Assembly: GCA_044892525.1 (NCBI GenBank)
Contig: CM097888.1
Span: 32,798,001-32,862,000 of the forward strand
Length of the DNA: 64,000 nt
DNA from: Schmidtea polychroa
Lineage: Eukaryota
Reading direction: 5' to 3'
Positions 39,440 to 50,719 of this stretch are shown here, piece after piece. The position numbers and the translations under genes were made by a program. Positions within the stretch are counted from its first letter, which is position 1. Each line of letters opens with the position of its first letter. The notes beneath the pieces were generated by a model that did no database searches, had not been told where the DNA came from, and saw only the letters and a program-made list of their open reading frames with translations.

Positions 39440-39757
39440 NNNNNNNNNNNNNNNNNNNNNNNNNNNNNNNNNNNNNNNNNNNNNNNNNNNNNNNNNNNNN
39501 NNNNNNNNNNNNNNNNNNNNNNNNNNNNNNNNNNNNNNNNNNNNNNNNNNNNNNNNNNNNNNNNNNNNNNNNNNNNNNNNNNNNNNNNNNNNNNNNNNNN
39601 NNNNNNNNNNNNNNNNNNNNNNNNNNNNNNNNNNNNNNNNNNNNNNNNNNNNNNNNNNNNNNNNNNNNNNNNNNNNNNNNNNNNNNNNNNNNNNNNNATG
39701 TCTAACAATAAAATAAGATAAACATTACAAGCTTTGTGATACCCAGTGCAAGTCCCA

Positions 39758-39799
39758 ATAGTAGCCTAGTTTCGAGCTTTTGGCTCTCATCAGTACTAT
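39758..39799 (-). ncRNA. Minimal type I hammerhead ribozyme, copy 1 (cleavage triplet mutated to GGC)
   Basis: Minus strand: ATAGTA-CTGATGA-GAGC(CAAAA)GCTC-GAAA-CTAG-GC-TACTAT. Confidence 0.8.
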
Positions 39800-40128
39800 G
39801 CAGGAGACGCGAAGATTTCTATTCGCGCCAGGTAAGTATACAATATTGCTGATTCAACTCTATTGCATACTTTGCCTGTTACACTAGACATCACATCACT
39901 TGCAAATTCGCTACATCACAGAATAAAAATATCTGCAAACTTGTAAACATGGCGTATGAAAAATCATACTCGCCCCTTGAGACACCGTCATACACAGAAA
40001 CTGTTTACAAGTGCATCCGTAAACCTTTAGCATTTTTAACTTGTAATGGATTAAAATACTTTTTACGAATGTCTAACAATAAAATAAGATAAACATTACA
40101 AGCTTTGTGATACCCAGTGCAAATCCCA

Positions 40129-40170
40129 ATAGTAGACTAGTTTCGAACTTTTGGCTCTCATCAGTACTAT
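40129..40170 (-). ncRNA. Minimal type I hammerhead ribozyme, copy 2 (intact)
   Basis: Minus strand: ATAGTA-CTGATGA-GAGC(CAAAA)GTTC-GAAA-CTAG-TC/TACTAT. 6-bp stem I, 4-bp stem II, palindromic stem III (ACTAGT), canonical GUC site. Confidence 0.9.
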
Positions 40171-41947
40171 ACAGGAGACGCGAAGATTTCTCTTCGCGCC
40201 AGGTAAGTATACAATATTGCCGATGCAACTTTCGCAACTAGTTCGAAACTAGTCGACTATTGGGATTTGCACTGGGTATCACAAAGCTTGTAATGTTTAT
40301 CTTATATATATATATATATATATATATGAAAGCAATATAAGAGAATGAAATAATTCTAATAACGAAAATATTTTTTCTATTTTGTGAACATGATAAATTT
40401 CATAAATCCAATAAAATTCTTTTTTGAATGATGGATTTTTATTTGTTTTAAAACAAGCATACATTGAAAATAAATTGTGAATATTTATATTTTTGTATCG
40501 AATTTCAAATACCTTTACTCATAACCAACAAATGCTATGGAAATAATATCAACAATATTTCTATGACACTTGAGAATGCATAACCTTTTGAATTATTGGA
40601 ATTTTAACACAACTCAAGTTTCATTTAGTGAAATTTATTTGCACAATATATTCTTGACGTCAATATTTTTTATAAAATCTTATTTTTTTAATTTTAAGAG
40701 TAATATTTAACTCTTAGTTGGCCAAGAAAAAATAAAATGAATTTAATGACCGAATGTACTTTCCAGTATAATCATATTTGGTATCTTCAGTGTTTTGACA
40801 AATATCATTGTTTTGTGATCATCAAGGTTAGAGGTACGTGCAAATTTTGTTAAATTGTCATAATGTGGGTTGATATAATATATTTCGTATGAAGTACCTA
40901 GAAGTACCGACGGTCAACTAAGGGTTAGAATGGAAAATAAATTTGATTTTTGTCGTATTATGTTGTGATCCCTGTGTTGTGGGTGAACTATTAAAAGGAA
41001 ACTAATAATTGAAACTAATAATTAAAAGTTGAAAATGTATTACCTTGAAAATAACAAAGTATGGTGATAAAATTGCAAGAAAACAGTATAGTCTCCTGCT
41101 GAAACAATTGATAATCAGAAAATCAGTTATATCATATATTTGCATGTTATATATGGCTCCTAATTAAATGCAAACTAAATAATCCCATTTTGCACACTAA
41201 AAAATTAACATTTGCTAACTATTTTTTGAAAACTAAAAAAATGATTTTTGCACACTATTAAATACTTATTTGCTAACTATATTTTGCAAATTAAAAAAAT
41301 GATTTTTGCACACTATAAAATCGATATTTGCTAACTATGTTCTGCAAACTAAAAAATAAATATTTGCACATTATTTTCAAAAATATTTGTACATTATAAA
41401 ATAAAAATTTCAGATATATTTCAATGAATAAAAAAGCATAGAGATTACAATTTATTGTGAATGCTTAAATACAACAATTTATAGACATTTAAAAAATGGT
41501 TTAACAAAATGTTTTGTATGATGGCTGCATTTTATTTGCACTAGATATAATAAATTTTTAGTTCTACTGCAACAGCAATGCTTTTCTCGCTTTTGCAGGG
41601 CGACCTCTCCTTCTTTTGGTTCCAATTGGAACATTTTTCGCTTCGGTTGGAGGGGCTACAAGCTTTAGTCGAATAGCTAATCCAACAATGTGTTTGCAAA
41701 ACATTTTTTTAAAAAAAGAAGGGCAGTTACAGTCTCCGTTAATCCAGTCATTTTGATCTTTTGGTAAAATAGTAGTCCATGAAAGAAATGCATTAATTTT
41801 AAACTCATCAAACGTTTCCCAGTTGTCAATTCCATCGTAGGTTTCTGTCAAATCTTTTGCAGCAATTTTGTAAACAACACCACTCTCTGTTGACTCTGGA
41901 GAAATGGTTTTCTTCAACTTTGTCCACTGGTATGAGCTAGTCCAAAG

Positions 41948-44383
41948 TAGGGTTTCTGGATACTGTTTAACAGTAACAGTAAAACAGTTGTTTTTTCGTA
42001 AAAAAATCAAAAACAGCAAACAGCTGTTTTTTCATAACTGTTTTTAACTGTTTTTCAGTAAAACTTAAAGTTCACTGTTAAAAAAATGACGGGTTTTCCA
42101 GTCATTAAGAACCAGAAAACACGTCATTCAGCGTTCTTTTCTCAATTTTTTCTGAATTGACCTGTCTCGCGTCATTTAATCGTCTTAACCCGTCATTTAC
42201 GCATCATATGCTAGGCAAATCAATGGACAGCCTTTGCTCAACATGCCACACAACGCGACCGCTTTCCATTCAAGGTCAACAGTCAATGCATTGTTTAGAC
42301 GTCTAGACATAGCACCACTTATATATAAATGAACAGCACTGGTTTGTGTTTATTTTCACATTATAAAATAAGCATTGCAACTTTTACTGAAATAAATATT
42401 TTTACCGATTTAATTATTTTCAGTAATAAATCAACGATTTTAATTTGTTTTAATTGTTTTAAATGATTAATTTTCTATTAGTAATGGCTTCTGTTTGGGA
42501 ATTTGCCACAAAACGACGGAATCCGCACACAAAAGAGCTTGAAGGTCAATGCAATCGATGCAATAGCATAATTAAGTGCTCTGGATATTCAACGACAACT
42601 TTAAAGAGACATCTACAGCAGCATGGCATCAAGTTTGATCAGGCTGGGGAACCAAGCACATCCAAGAATGGAATTCAGACCGAAAAGAGACAAAAAACTG
42701 TTGCTGACTTTTTTGAACGAGAATCTCTCAAAGAAATTGTGTCAGACATGGCAACGGATGGAGTAACTATTCGAGCAATAACAAGAAATAAGTTCATTAG
42801 AAAATCCTTAACACGCGATGGTCACAAATTGCCTGCGAATGAAACTGATGTCATGAAACTATTGCACGATGATTTTGAAGAAAAACAGAAGAAAATGGTT
42901 GATGAGATTCAAGCGAAGGTTGCGAAAGGTATCAAGTTCAGCATGACCGTCGATGAGGCTACAACTTTACGTGGTCGTCGATATTTCGGAATTAATATTC
43001 ATGACTATGAGAGAGATTCCAATAAAACTTATAAGACAGGCCTCGTGCGGATTCTCGGTTCTTGCAACACTCTTAGCATGATTGAAATTCTTCGAGATCA
43101 TCTCAAATCGTTTGGCATTTCAATGGAAAAAGATTTGGTTGGATCCACACAGGATGGAGCTGCAGTTAATCAAAGATTTATCAGCCTCATTGATGTTATC
43201 GGTCAGTTCTGTCTCAATCACGGTTTACACCTTGGAGTATATGACACTTTGTACAAAAAGAAATCAGAAATTGAAGAACCCATCATCATTGATGAAGATT
43301 CAAATGAGGAAGATAATTTTGATGAACCAACCGATTTTGAATTAATCAATGAAAACCATAATGAGATCGATTATCATGAAATACTCAAAAAGTCTCGCAA
43401 GATTGTCAAATTCTTCAAACATTCACCTGTTCGAAATCATGTGCTTCAATCAAATATCAAACAAATTCACTCTCGAGAAATTGAACTGCATCTGGATGTG
43501 AAAACACGCTGGAATTCAATCCCAACCATGCTTGAACCGTTAATTAAAACCGAAGCATCAATTCATGAGACTCTTCAGGATTTCAAAGCACTCGATCTGC
43601 TAGCAGCAATGGAGCCAGTTAAGCTAGCAGTAGAGAATCTTAGCAGAGAGGACTCAACTTTAATGAGCGCGGATACAATTTTAAATTTTATGTTCACAAA
43701 ACTATCGAACATTAAAAATGAAATTGCAGAGAAATTACTGGAAAATCTAAAGCAGCGAGTTGGTGAAAGACTCAATCCCGACCTAATGAATCTCTTACGC
43801 AGCCTGAAAGATCCATCGATTGTGCCTTCGAGAAACACGATTAATTTTGCAGGAAGTCTTGCAAAACGACTATTTGAAGTTGCTGACGAAGATACTGGCG
43901 ATCAATTACCTCACGAAGAAATATCTGTAAATTTATCAATGCAGGAGGAACTAAATGCTTTGCTTCAAAAAAGTGAAACTACAGTCACGCCAGCTAATGA
44001 TGCTGTCAAGTGGCTAAAGTCGGAATTTACACTTTTCAAGAACACTGGACAGCGAACTGAAAACCTACAAAAACTCTTTAATGCCATTTTGACCATCAAA
44101 CCCACTTCCACGGACGTAGAACGCGTTTTTTCGGTCACCTCAAGTTTTTGCACCTAAATTCGATCTCGTCTATCAGATAAATCACTGCAAGCATTGGTCT
44201 TTTTGAAATATTATTATAATAAATCAAATAAATAATTAAAAGGCTTTAATTTCATATTAAAAAGTTTTTTTCCTTACATTATTTACAGTAAAAACATTTA
44301 AAAACAGTAAAACAGCTGTTTTTTAAAGAATCAGAAACAGTTAAACAGCTGTTTTTTGAAACCACTGTTTTTCAGAGTCCCTA
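41948..44383 (+). mobile_element. Ac-type hAT transposon nested in the MULE
   Basis: TAGGG...CCCTA imperfect TIRs, 8-bp TSD GTCCAAAG (41940-41947, 44384-44391), many subterminal AAACAG/CTGTTT repeats. Confidence 0.93.
42484..44235 (+). pseudogene. hAT transposase (BED finger, DDE, dimerisation domain) with a premature TAA at 44155-44157
   Basis: CNRC..TLKRHLQQH, TVDEAT, QDGAAVN, CLNHGLHL, TRWNS, TSTDVERVFS. The frame continues IRSRLSDKSLQALVFLK to TAA 44233-44235. Confidence 0.9.
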
Positions 44384-46581
44384 GTCCAAAGTTCCAAGTC
44401 AATTTCTGGTTCGGTTTTGATGACTTTAATTCCAGATTCGTAATTGTTGGACCACCTTTCAATCCAATCAACCAATCCAACAGTAAATCTTGATAGTGAG
44501 ACTCGCTCTCTCATAGAATCTTCATCTTTCATGACTCGGTTGTATGCCTCAAGGGCATTGTTTGTGCTAGGTGTTAGTTTTTTGGCACCTTCAAACCAAT
44601 TTTTATTTGATTTCAGCCATTCAGCTGTGAAGTATTCGACAAACTCCTTGTTTGCCTTCCACTTTTTCAAGAATAAAATTGATACTTTTTCAAAAACTTC
44701 TCTGGATTGACTGAGTTGCAAAGAATCAATGTCAGACAAAATTTCCTGTCTTGCATCTTTTGGAATCAAAGAATCCACTTTTTTCTGAACATTTTTTTTC
44801 ATATGAGCCCAGCACATAATCACCAATACGTCTTTGCCAAACACTGCTATGAAAGAGTTTTGGATGCTTTTTGATGCATCAGAAATAAATGTGCTTGGAT
44901 TGAAGGGAGCATTGAAGATTTTAGGAACTTCATTCTTCAATGCAGTAAACAAAAATTTGAAGTCCTCAGTTTTTTCATCGGTGCATACTCCAATACCAAA
45001 ACAATGAAACTGGCGATTGCGATCTGTTGTACCAATAACAAGAACAGGGAAGCCTTGCCATACAAGTTTGTATGTAGCATCTGCATGAATGTTGTCAGCG
45101 TTTAAAGCCATTTTCAACATTGTTTTGGATGAAATGAAGTACCGGAAATATCCAGTGTCCTCATATTTAATTTCATATGCAACAACAAATGCTTTGTTAT
45201 CTGCTTCTGGAGCAGCTGAATGAATTTGCAACCACTGATTTAATTTTCCAAGGCTAATGATGTTGGCACCATATTTGGACTTTCTCAAGGATGCCAGATG
45301 ATTATTCAGTTGTGTTCTAACATTGCTTTTGGTTTCAATTTTAAAGCAAACAATTTGTCAATTTCAGCTTTGACGGTATCTGTCATTGTTGTTCTTGTTT
45401 TGATGTTGTCACAATCATGTGCATGTCCTGATCTGTATAGAACAACATCACTAGTGCTGGACTCGTACCACAAGTAAACTGAGGGTGAACATTGTTCCCC
45501 ACGAAATTTAACACGATTACAGCGGAAAAACCTCTTTTTCCCCTCTTCAGTTTTATTTGTCCGAAAACAAGACCACACTTTTTCGTTTTTTACAAAATCC
45601 TCAGCTTCATTTGAACTTGCAAATGCATTTGCTCTTTTCCAGTCTTTGCAAATTTTTTTCCTTCGAGTTTCAAGTTTTAAAACGTGTTCTTCATCTTCAT
45701 TTCCTGAAGAACAGTATTCTGGAACAAAGTCAAACTCTGAATTTTTTTTAAATTCCACCATTGCTATAACGACAAAGAAGTATTTATTATGAATAAAACA
45801 AACATAGTTAGAAAATAATTTATTTAGCTTTTATTTATTATAGTTTGCATTATTTATAGTTATTATTTATAGTTAGCATTTATTATTTATAGTTAGCATT
45901 TATAGTGTGCAAATACATTAAAATAGTGTGCATTTAAATTGTAGCGGTTATATATTAGCACCAGGTTTCTTACAACATCCTAATTGAGGACGACACAATT
46001 TTCAACTTATCAATTTTCTTCACTAGTTTAAGATCTAAAGAGTGGAAAAGCTGCTAAATATGCTTAGGGACTTAAGATATCAATTATGTTATGTTGAATA
46101 TTTTTTTGAGATTCCAAACAAGTATTAAAAGTCGATTTAATCAAAGGCAATATAAACTCGTATTACTACATTGATGTTATCAATGAAATCATGAGTATTA
46201 TGACATAAGCCAGGAACCCAAAATTTTATTTGCTCTATATGAATAGTCCTTTCTACATATTCCACTGAACAAAAATAGTTGTAAAAAATGTTATTAAGCT
46301 TGTAGCAAAAAGAAAATGCGTCCAGCATCATACAAAGATGCTTCTAGGGTATTAAATATACAATTTATAAACCTAATCTTTTATTAGCATGTAATTATTA
46401 TAATAATAATGCCAATGTTAATTATTAATAATTCTAGGAATGATAACAATAATTTTAAGGAGTTGTTCATCTTTTTTGTTGTTGTAAAATAATTAATTAG
46501 CATAAATTACTAATTTTATAGCCGATTATTTTGTATTTATATATAAATTATAAAAGTATTTAATAAGAAACTATTTTTTAG

Positions 46582-46903
46582 GATATAAATAATGCAGGTA
46601 CAAAAATCGAAAATCATAAAGATGAAAATGTAAAAGAAACAAATTTTAAAAATAGTTCAAGTGAGTCAACCGACAATGAAGTTGAAAGTGAAGAAAGTTC
46701 ATCTGCTGATGTTAGTACTCATAAATGTGATTCATCTTTTGAGGCTGAGAAAACAAATGAAAATTCACAAGGTAAGATAAACAATGAGGTTAGGTCTAGA
46801 TCAACTTCTGCTACTCTATCACAATCTGTAAGTTCTGCTAAACCTTCTCGGATCAGCTCAGTTACTTCTAAGTCATTGGTGCATTCAGAAAAACATCACA
46901 AAA
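46582..46903 (+). CDS. TTLL4: Ser/Glu-rich internal exon, probably TTLL4 (alternative donor possible at 46771)
   Basis: tttttAG acceptor, open frame DINNAGTKIENH...HSEKHHK, phase 0 in and phase 1 out, matching exon 52949. Confidence 0.6.
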
Positions 46904-48607
46904 GTAATTTTAATATATTCTTTTAAATTAAATTCTTATTTTACAATAAGTGTGAAAATTTCTTACAAATATTACATAAATTAATAATCCATCCAAGACT
47001 TTCAAGTAAGATTATTTATTTTTGGATATTTGACAGCCATATATTGGTTAAGAAAACATTTTTAAAATTTTAACTGAGTGTATTTCGAAATATTGGTAAA
47101 TAAAGTTGAAATGTTTTTAATATAGATTGTTTTATTCAATCTAAAAAATTTAGAAAGTGGAAAAAATACTCATGAAAAATTGGCGTTGGCTATCAAAACT
47201 TTTTATTTAAGTTTTTTATTTAAGATTATATTTTGTACGTTGTATCTATATTATTTTAACAATAAATATTTAAATTTACTGTACATAGCAATTGTTTATT
47301 TACATATCAACAAAAGAAAAACGTTTTAGAAATTACATATAAAAGTAGCAATTAAAAACCTCTAAGAAAATACAATGTGGATTTTCTGTTCAAATTTTAA
47401 ATCTAATTTTAAACGTATTCTGGAGTTTTTTTTTTGAATTAGTGATTGTTATTTTTAATTTCTTTCAATGTTACTATGATATTCTTTCTAGAAATTTTAT
47501 TCCCATTATTTGAAAACAAGATCTGCAGATTAAGATAGAAGTTCTTATCTTTATTTCAAATTCTTTAATTGTTTTTATTTATTTTCATTTCAAAACTATT
47601 ATTTAAGGTTTTAAAATTCCTTTGTAATTGTTCATTTTATTTTCCAAAAACATCAATTTTAACAATAACATTTTCAGAAATGAAATTGTATTTAAACCCA
47701 CAAACTTAATTAATGTTAAATACTAATTAAATATAAATGTCAGATTTATATTGTAATTTTCTCTTTAGTTTTCTATTAAGTTTTAATTAAAAATTTAAAA
47801 AATATTCTTTGCTTATTAATTATATTAATTTTGTTATTTCATAATGTCCTAGAAGTCATTTTTAAAAGTTCATAAAATTTTAAATGTCTTCTAATTACAG
47901 TATTTATAATTATTTAATACAGATTTGCGTCGATTTGTTCTGCATTTTTCAAATTTGCGTTTTGTGGTTACAATTTTTTATGTTATTTATACTTATTTAT
48001 TATATTAACCCTACCAATACCGTGACATGTCCAGAAAAATCTTTCACAAGATGGAAAATAATAAAATATTACTTGAGATACAGCAAAACTAAATTTGATG
48101 ATCTTTTAAATGGGTTTTCTATAAAACCAATTTACCAATCTCTGCAATTTAATAAATAACAAAGCATAATAAATTATTATTTCGTTGTATGGAATTTGTT
48201 TTAAGGTCTCGCAAGTTAACTTTGCTCCGAACCTTGCTTATGTCCGAGCCTGCCTTGTGTACAGGTATCATTTTACAAAACTAAAATATTAATCTCATAA
48301 TTTAATAAATTCAAGTTGACTTATTTTGTTAAAAGTTAAAAAAATTTTCTTCATCGGGATTTTCTGTGAATTTATCAACTGTCTACAGTGCGGCATTTTC
48401 TAATGACAAATTCGCGAATTTATTTACAAAATTTCTTTTAAATATTTCATACAAAATATAGTTCAAATAAATATTTAATTGAGAAAATAACAAATCGAAT
48501 AACTATATTAAGAAATTATTTCGTAATAAAAATATATTTACAAATATATTAAATTATAAGAACTTTTTTTTCAAATTTCACCACTGATTTCTTTTCCATT
48601 GACATTA

Positions 48608-48744
48608 TATTTATTAAAAGCTTCACTATGAATCAGTAAATATATCGATTGATCCAAATTCACTTGAAAAAGAGTACCGAAAATTCGTGAATATCAAAAA
48701 CATCGATATATTTACTGATTCATAGTCAAGCTTTTTAATAAATA
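48608..48744. mobile_element. Fold-back MITE with TA ends; related partial copy at ~7228-7320
   Basis: AAAAGCTTCACTATGAATCAGTAAATATATCGAT and its inverse (1 mismatch in 34 bp) flank a short spacer. Spacer and right arm recur at 7228-7320. Confidence 0.75.
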
Positions 48745-49524
48745 CAAAACATATTAAAAATTGTATTTAGAAATATATTAAGAAAACTAACCTTTGATGA
48801 AAGAATACGCCTTTCTTTATTAATACATTAAATGATTAAGATATATGCAAGTTAAAGTTTATTTTTATTAAAAAAAATTGTACGGTTACTATTTTCGAGA
48901 ATTGCTTATTAAAGACCACTCGGGAAATATTTCGTGAACTTAATCACACGAAGAATCCCAAGTATTTTTATTTTATTCTTTGGCCCATGACTGAAATGTT
49001 TCCTCATACTTTCCTCATCAAAATTCAGTCTTTTGCCCTTTCTCCGCTGACCACATACAAAGAGTACAAATGTACAAAATCGATAAATTTTTCTATTAAT
49101 GATTTATTGATTTTGGAAATATTAATAGAAATATAAAAATACTTTAAGTGTTTTGTTTTAAAATTTAAAAATTTTATTTTTGCGACTTGAATTCTTTTAT
49201 CAATTAATGTAATTCAAATAAGTAACATTCAATTGAAGCAATAAAACTTGCAATTTTAATTTGTAATTCATTCGAATTAATAATGGGAGATGTTTTAAAA
49301 GATTAATTTAAAGCACTGAATATTTAGCACTGCCACCTATCGATTATATGTGAGTAAATCAATTAAAATTCATAATTATTCACAGCATATCAATCAATTG
49401 TTAAGATCGTCTATAATTGTGTATATTGCACAAATATATGGTGCCAGCAATGATGCGTCATTTTAAGTAGTTCTTTACGAAACAACTTATGTAACACTTC
49501 ATGAAGTAATACATCATTCTAAGG

Positions 49525-50042
49525 CAGAGCTTTCCAACCGGTGTGTCGCGACCCTTTAGTGTGTCGGCAGCGCTGCATAGGTGTGTCGCGTGAACATAAT
49601 GAAAAGCCACAGAGTCCCTTAATTTTATAAACTTTTTAACGATTAAAGCTTAAAAATGCTTGATGACGAAATGCGAGTCTCATTATCTAATATTCCACCA
49701 AATATACAAAGGTTGTGTTCTTCCCATCCAGCTCAAATATCTCATTAAAATTTTAAATTTATATTAGCGTTATTCAAATTTTTTAATTCTTAATTAATTA
49801 CATGTTGTTACTTATAAACGATACTATTTACATTAAATCTTGTTTTCAGTCATGAACTATCCTTTTCTGCCATTTATTTCGATATTTATATTTAAATATG
49901 TTTCATTGTCTCTTGTATAACGGTTTACCATATGGCGTAAGTTGTATGACGTCTGGTTTTCTGGTAAAACTGATTTGCTGTGTCGCGAAATGATGGAAGT
50001 CTAAAAAGTGTGTCACAAGCATGAAAAGGTTGGAAAGCAATG
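49525..50042 (+). mobile_element. Non-autonomous Buster/Charlie hAT deletion derivative
   Basis: TIRs CAGAGCTTTCCAACC / GGTTGGAAAGCAATG, 8-bp TSD TTCTAAGG (49517-49524, 50043-50050). Retains the transposase C-terminus LDDEMRVSLSNIPPNIQRLCSSHPAQISH*. Confidence 0.9.
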
Positions 50043-50187
50043 TTCTAAGGGTAGCAATTATATCTGACTACTATTAGTATTAGATAGAAGAAATGTGAAG
50101 TGCAAAATTTAGCATACTAAAACTAAATCAAGATATTGTTTTAACTGTCAGAGCCATTTACAATTTTTCAGTAGACTGCTTTTATAA

Positions 50188-50416
50188 CCCACCGTTGGTC
50201 GCGCGAGTATTGCTCACGCGGTTGGTCGCACGAGTATTGCTCACGCGGTTGGTCGCACTTGAGCGAATAGGCGCCTCTCAGTTCTTTACGTTTTTAAGTT
50301 GAAATATGGAATATTTATTTACTTTTTTATTTCAAGTTAATATGTTTCATACGAAAAAAACGGTATCAATAAAACCGATAGGGTGAGCGCTGCGCCGCCG
50401 TGCGACCAATGGCTGG
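50188..50416. mobile_element. piggyBac-like MITE with an internal 27-bp tandem repeat
   Basis: Ends CCCACCGTTGGTCGC / GCGACCAATGGCTGG, flanks ATAA and TTAA. TTGGTCGC(G/A)CGAGTATTGCTCACGCGG repeated about 2.4 times. Confidence 0.65.
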
Positions 50417-50719
50417 TTAAGAACTATGTTTAACATCAGTTTACAAATATTTCAATAATTAAAATCTGAAAAATATATGTTATTAATTGCCATGTTTATC
50501 ATTAAAATTCAAAACTCCCACGTGTGTTTTAATTTGCACTTGTTTGAATAAATATTGCTTTCCGATTTGTAAAATTTTTGTTTTGTCTTGAATTTATCAT
50601 AATCATTTGCTAAATTTTATACAATTTTACGAAATAAATTTAATTTATTTTGAAATTTAAAATTTAGATGATTAAACTTTAGAATTGCAAAAATATTATT
50701 TAAAGACTTTTCATAATTT

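Larger units (their letters stand above)
39698..40304 (-). mobile_element. Tandem 371-nt hammerhead-containing repeat (retrozyme / PLE pLTR-like) with a terminal inverted partial copy
   Basis: Copy 1 starts at the gap edge (39698), copy 2 at 40069 and is truncated near 40230. 40241-40304 is the reverse complement of 40085-40148 (1 mismatch), followed by (TA)n. Confidence 0.85.
41564..45761 (-). pseudogene. MULE transposase, split by a frameshift near 45300 and by the hAT insertion
   Basis: N-terminal C2H2-type finger; IHADATYKL, FISDA, CWAHM, TNNALEAYN; SWIM finger CNCPSFFKKMFCKH; C-terminal AT-hook RRGRP. Removing the insert restores ELWTSSYQW. Confidence 0.88.
41155..45946 (-). mobile_element. 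Mutator-like element (MULE) interrupted by a nested hAT
   Basis: 9-bp TSD GTTATATAT (41146-41154, 45947-45955), imperfect TIRs, and ~56-bp subterminal TTTGCACACTA/TTTGCTAACTA tandem repeats. Confidence 0.9.

Noticed and set aside
3433-39716. ORF-track entries made of X residues (3433, 18166, 39372-39716)
   Set aside because: Artefacts of N-filled assembly gaps.
39825-40210. Complete U1 snRNA gene
   Set aside because: Only the first 12-15 nt match. No SL1 70K loop (GATCACGAAG), SL2 loop (ATTGCAC) or Sm site follows; the sequence goes straight into a hairpin and hammerhead.
13273-44710. Antisense ORFs overlapping gag/pol, the hAT and the MULE transposases (e.g. 14019-14933, 37290-38603, 43575-44710)
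   Set aside because: Opposite-strand by-products of real coding sequence, with no recognisable motifs.
48206-48264. Extra TTLL4 exon (AG...CAG|GTATCA)
   Set aside because: It is 59 nt long, has a stop (TAA) in the frame required by the phase-1 neighbours, and breaks phase.
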